Positions 33,401 to 33,610 of a stretch of 33,610 bases of DNA are shown piece by piece. Source of the stretch: a virus (lineage: Duplodnaviria > Caudoviricetes). The stretch is from positions 1-33,610 of IMG/VR virus record IMGVR_UViG_3300048858_000136; one strand, 5' to 3'. The notes beneath the pieces were generated by a model. That model was given only the letters and a program-made list of their open reading frames with translations, did not search any database and was not told the origin of the DNA. The position numbers and the translations under genes are program-made. Positions within the stretch are counted from its first letter, which is position 1. Every line of letters starts with the position of its first letter.

Positions 33401-33610
33401 TCAGCGTCTCCGCAGGAGATATGTCTTGCGGTGCGCTTTCATGATCCGGAGTGTGTTCTCGAGAGTTTCGAGATAGGACTCCGCGTTCAAGACGCTCAGA
33501 TCTGCGTCACGACGGCTCCCGATGTACTCCTGTTGCTTCTCAATCAACCGCTCTGCATTGGCGATTGCAGTCTCAGATTTCGCGAGGCGTTCCGAAATGG
33601 GCGTGTCCAT
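33401..33610 (-). CDS. Small helical-hairpin hypothetical protein (69 aa)
   Basis: MDTPISERLAKSETAIANAERLIEKQQEYI...; amphipathic helices; upstream region is outside the window. Confidence 0.65.
   Translation of the reverse strand: MDTPISERLAKSETAIANAERLIEKQQEYIGSRRDADLSVLNAESYLETLENTLRIMKAHRKTYLLRRR

Larger units (their letters stand above)
1..33610. mobile_element. Temperate prophage, podovirus morphotype (P22-like gene order), probably from a Rhizobiaceae host
   Basis: Integrase, cI/cro, replication, terminase, portal, capsid, short-tail and lysis modules in canonical order; no tape-measure, tail tube or sheath genes. att sites probably lie outside the window. Confidence 0.95.

Noticed and set aside
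33454-33470. GTTC-N7-TTTC as a further LexA box
   Set aside because: One mismatch and inside a coding region; expected by chance.
1-33610. CRISPR array, tRNA genes, att core repeats
   Set aside because: No regularly spaced repeats or cloverleaf noticed by eye; the window begins at the integrase stop codon, so att sites cannot be assessed.

Overview
The window holds an essentially complete ~33.6 kb temperate prophage with a podovirus (P22-like) structural module. The host is most likely Rhizobiaceae/Alphaproteobacteria, inferred from DUF982, BA14K and GAAC-N7-GAAC boxes. Gene order: tyrosine integrase and excisionase-like gene; a leftward early operon; a divergent pair of Arc-type repressors with palindromic operators; a LexA-box-preceded Zn-ribbon gene; a cI/cro switch with CGGT-N6-ACCG operators; replication initiator; a split Zn-domain plus TOPRIM/helicase; a NusG-type antiterminator; moron genes; terminase, portal, scaffold and capsid; adaptors and nozzle; three ejection proteins; tail fibre; a lone response-regulator receiver; and a lysis cassette with one frameshifted gene. 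At the right end is an opposite-strand two-gene cassette (SDH-type ClpP-fold protease plus a coupled 75-aa protein), my best candidate for an undescribed system. All family calls come from motif recognition by eye; no database search was run. No att sites, tRNA, CRISPR array or reverse transcriptase were seen.
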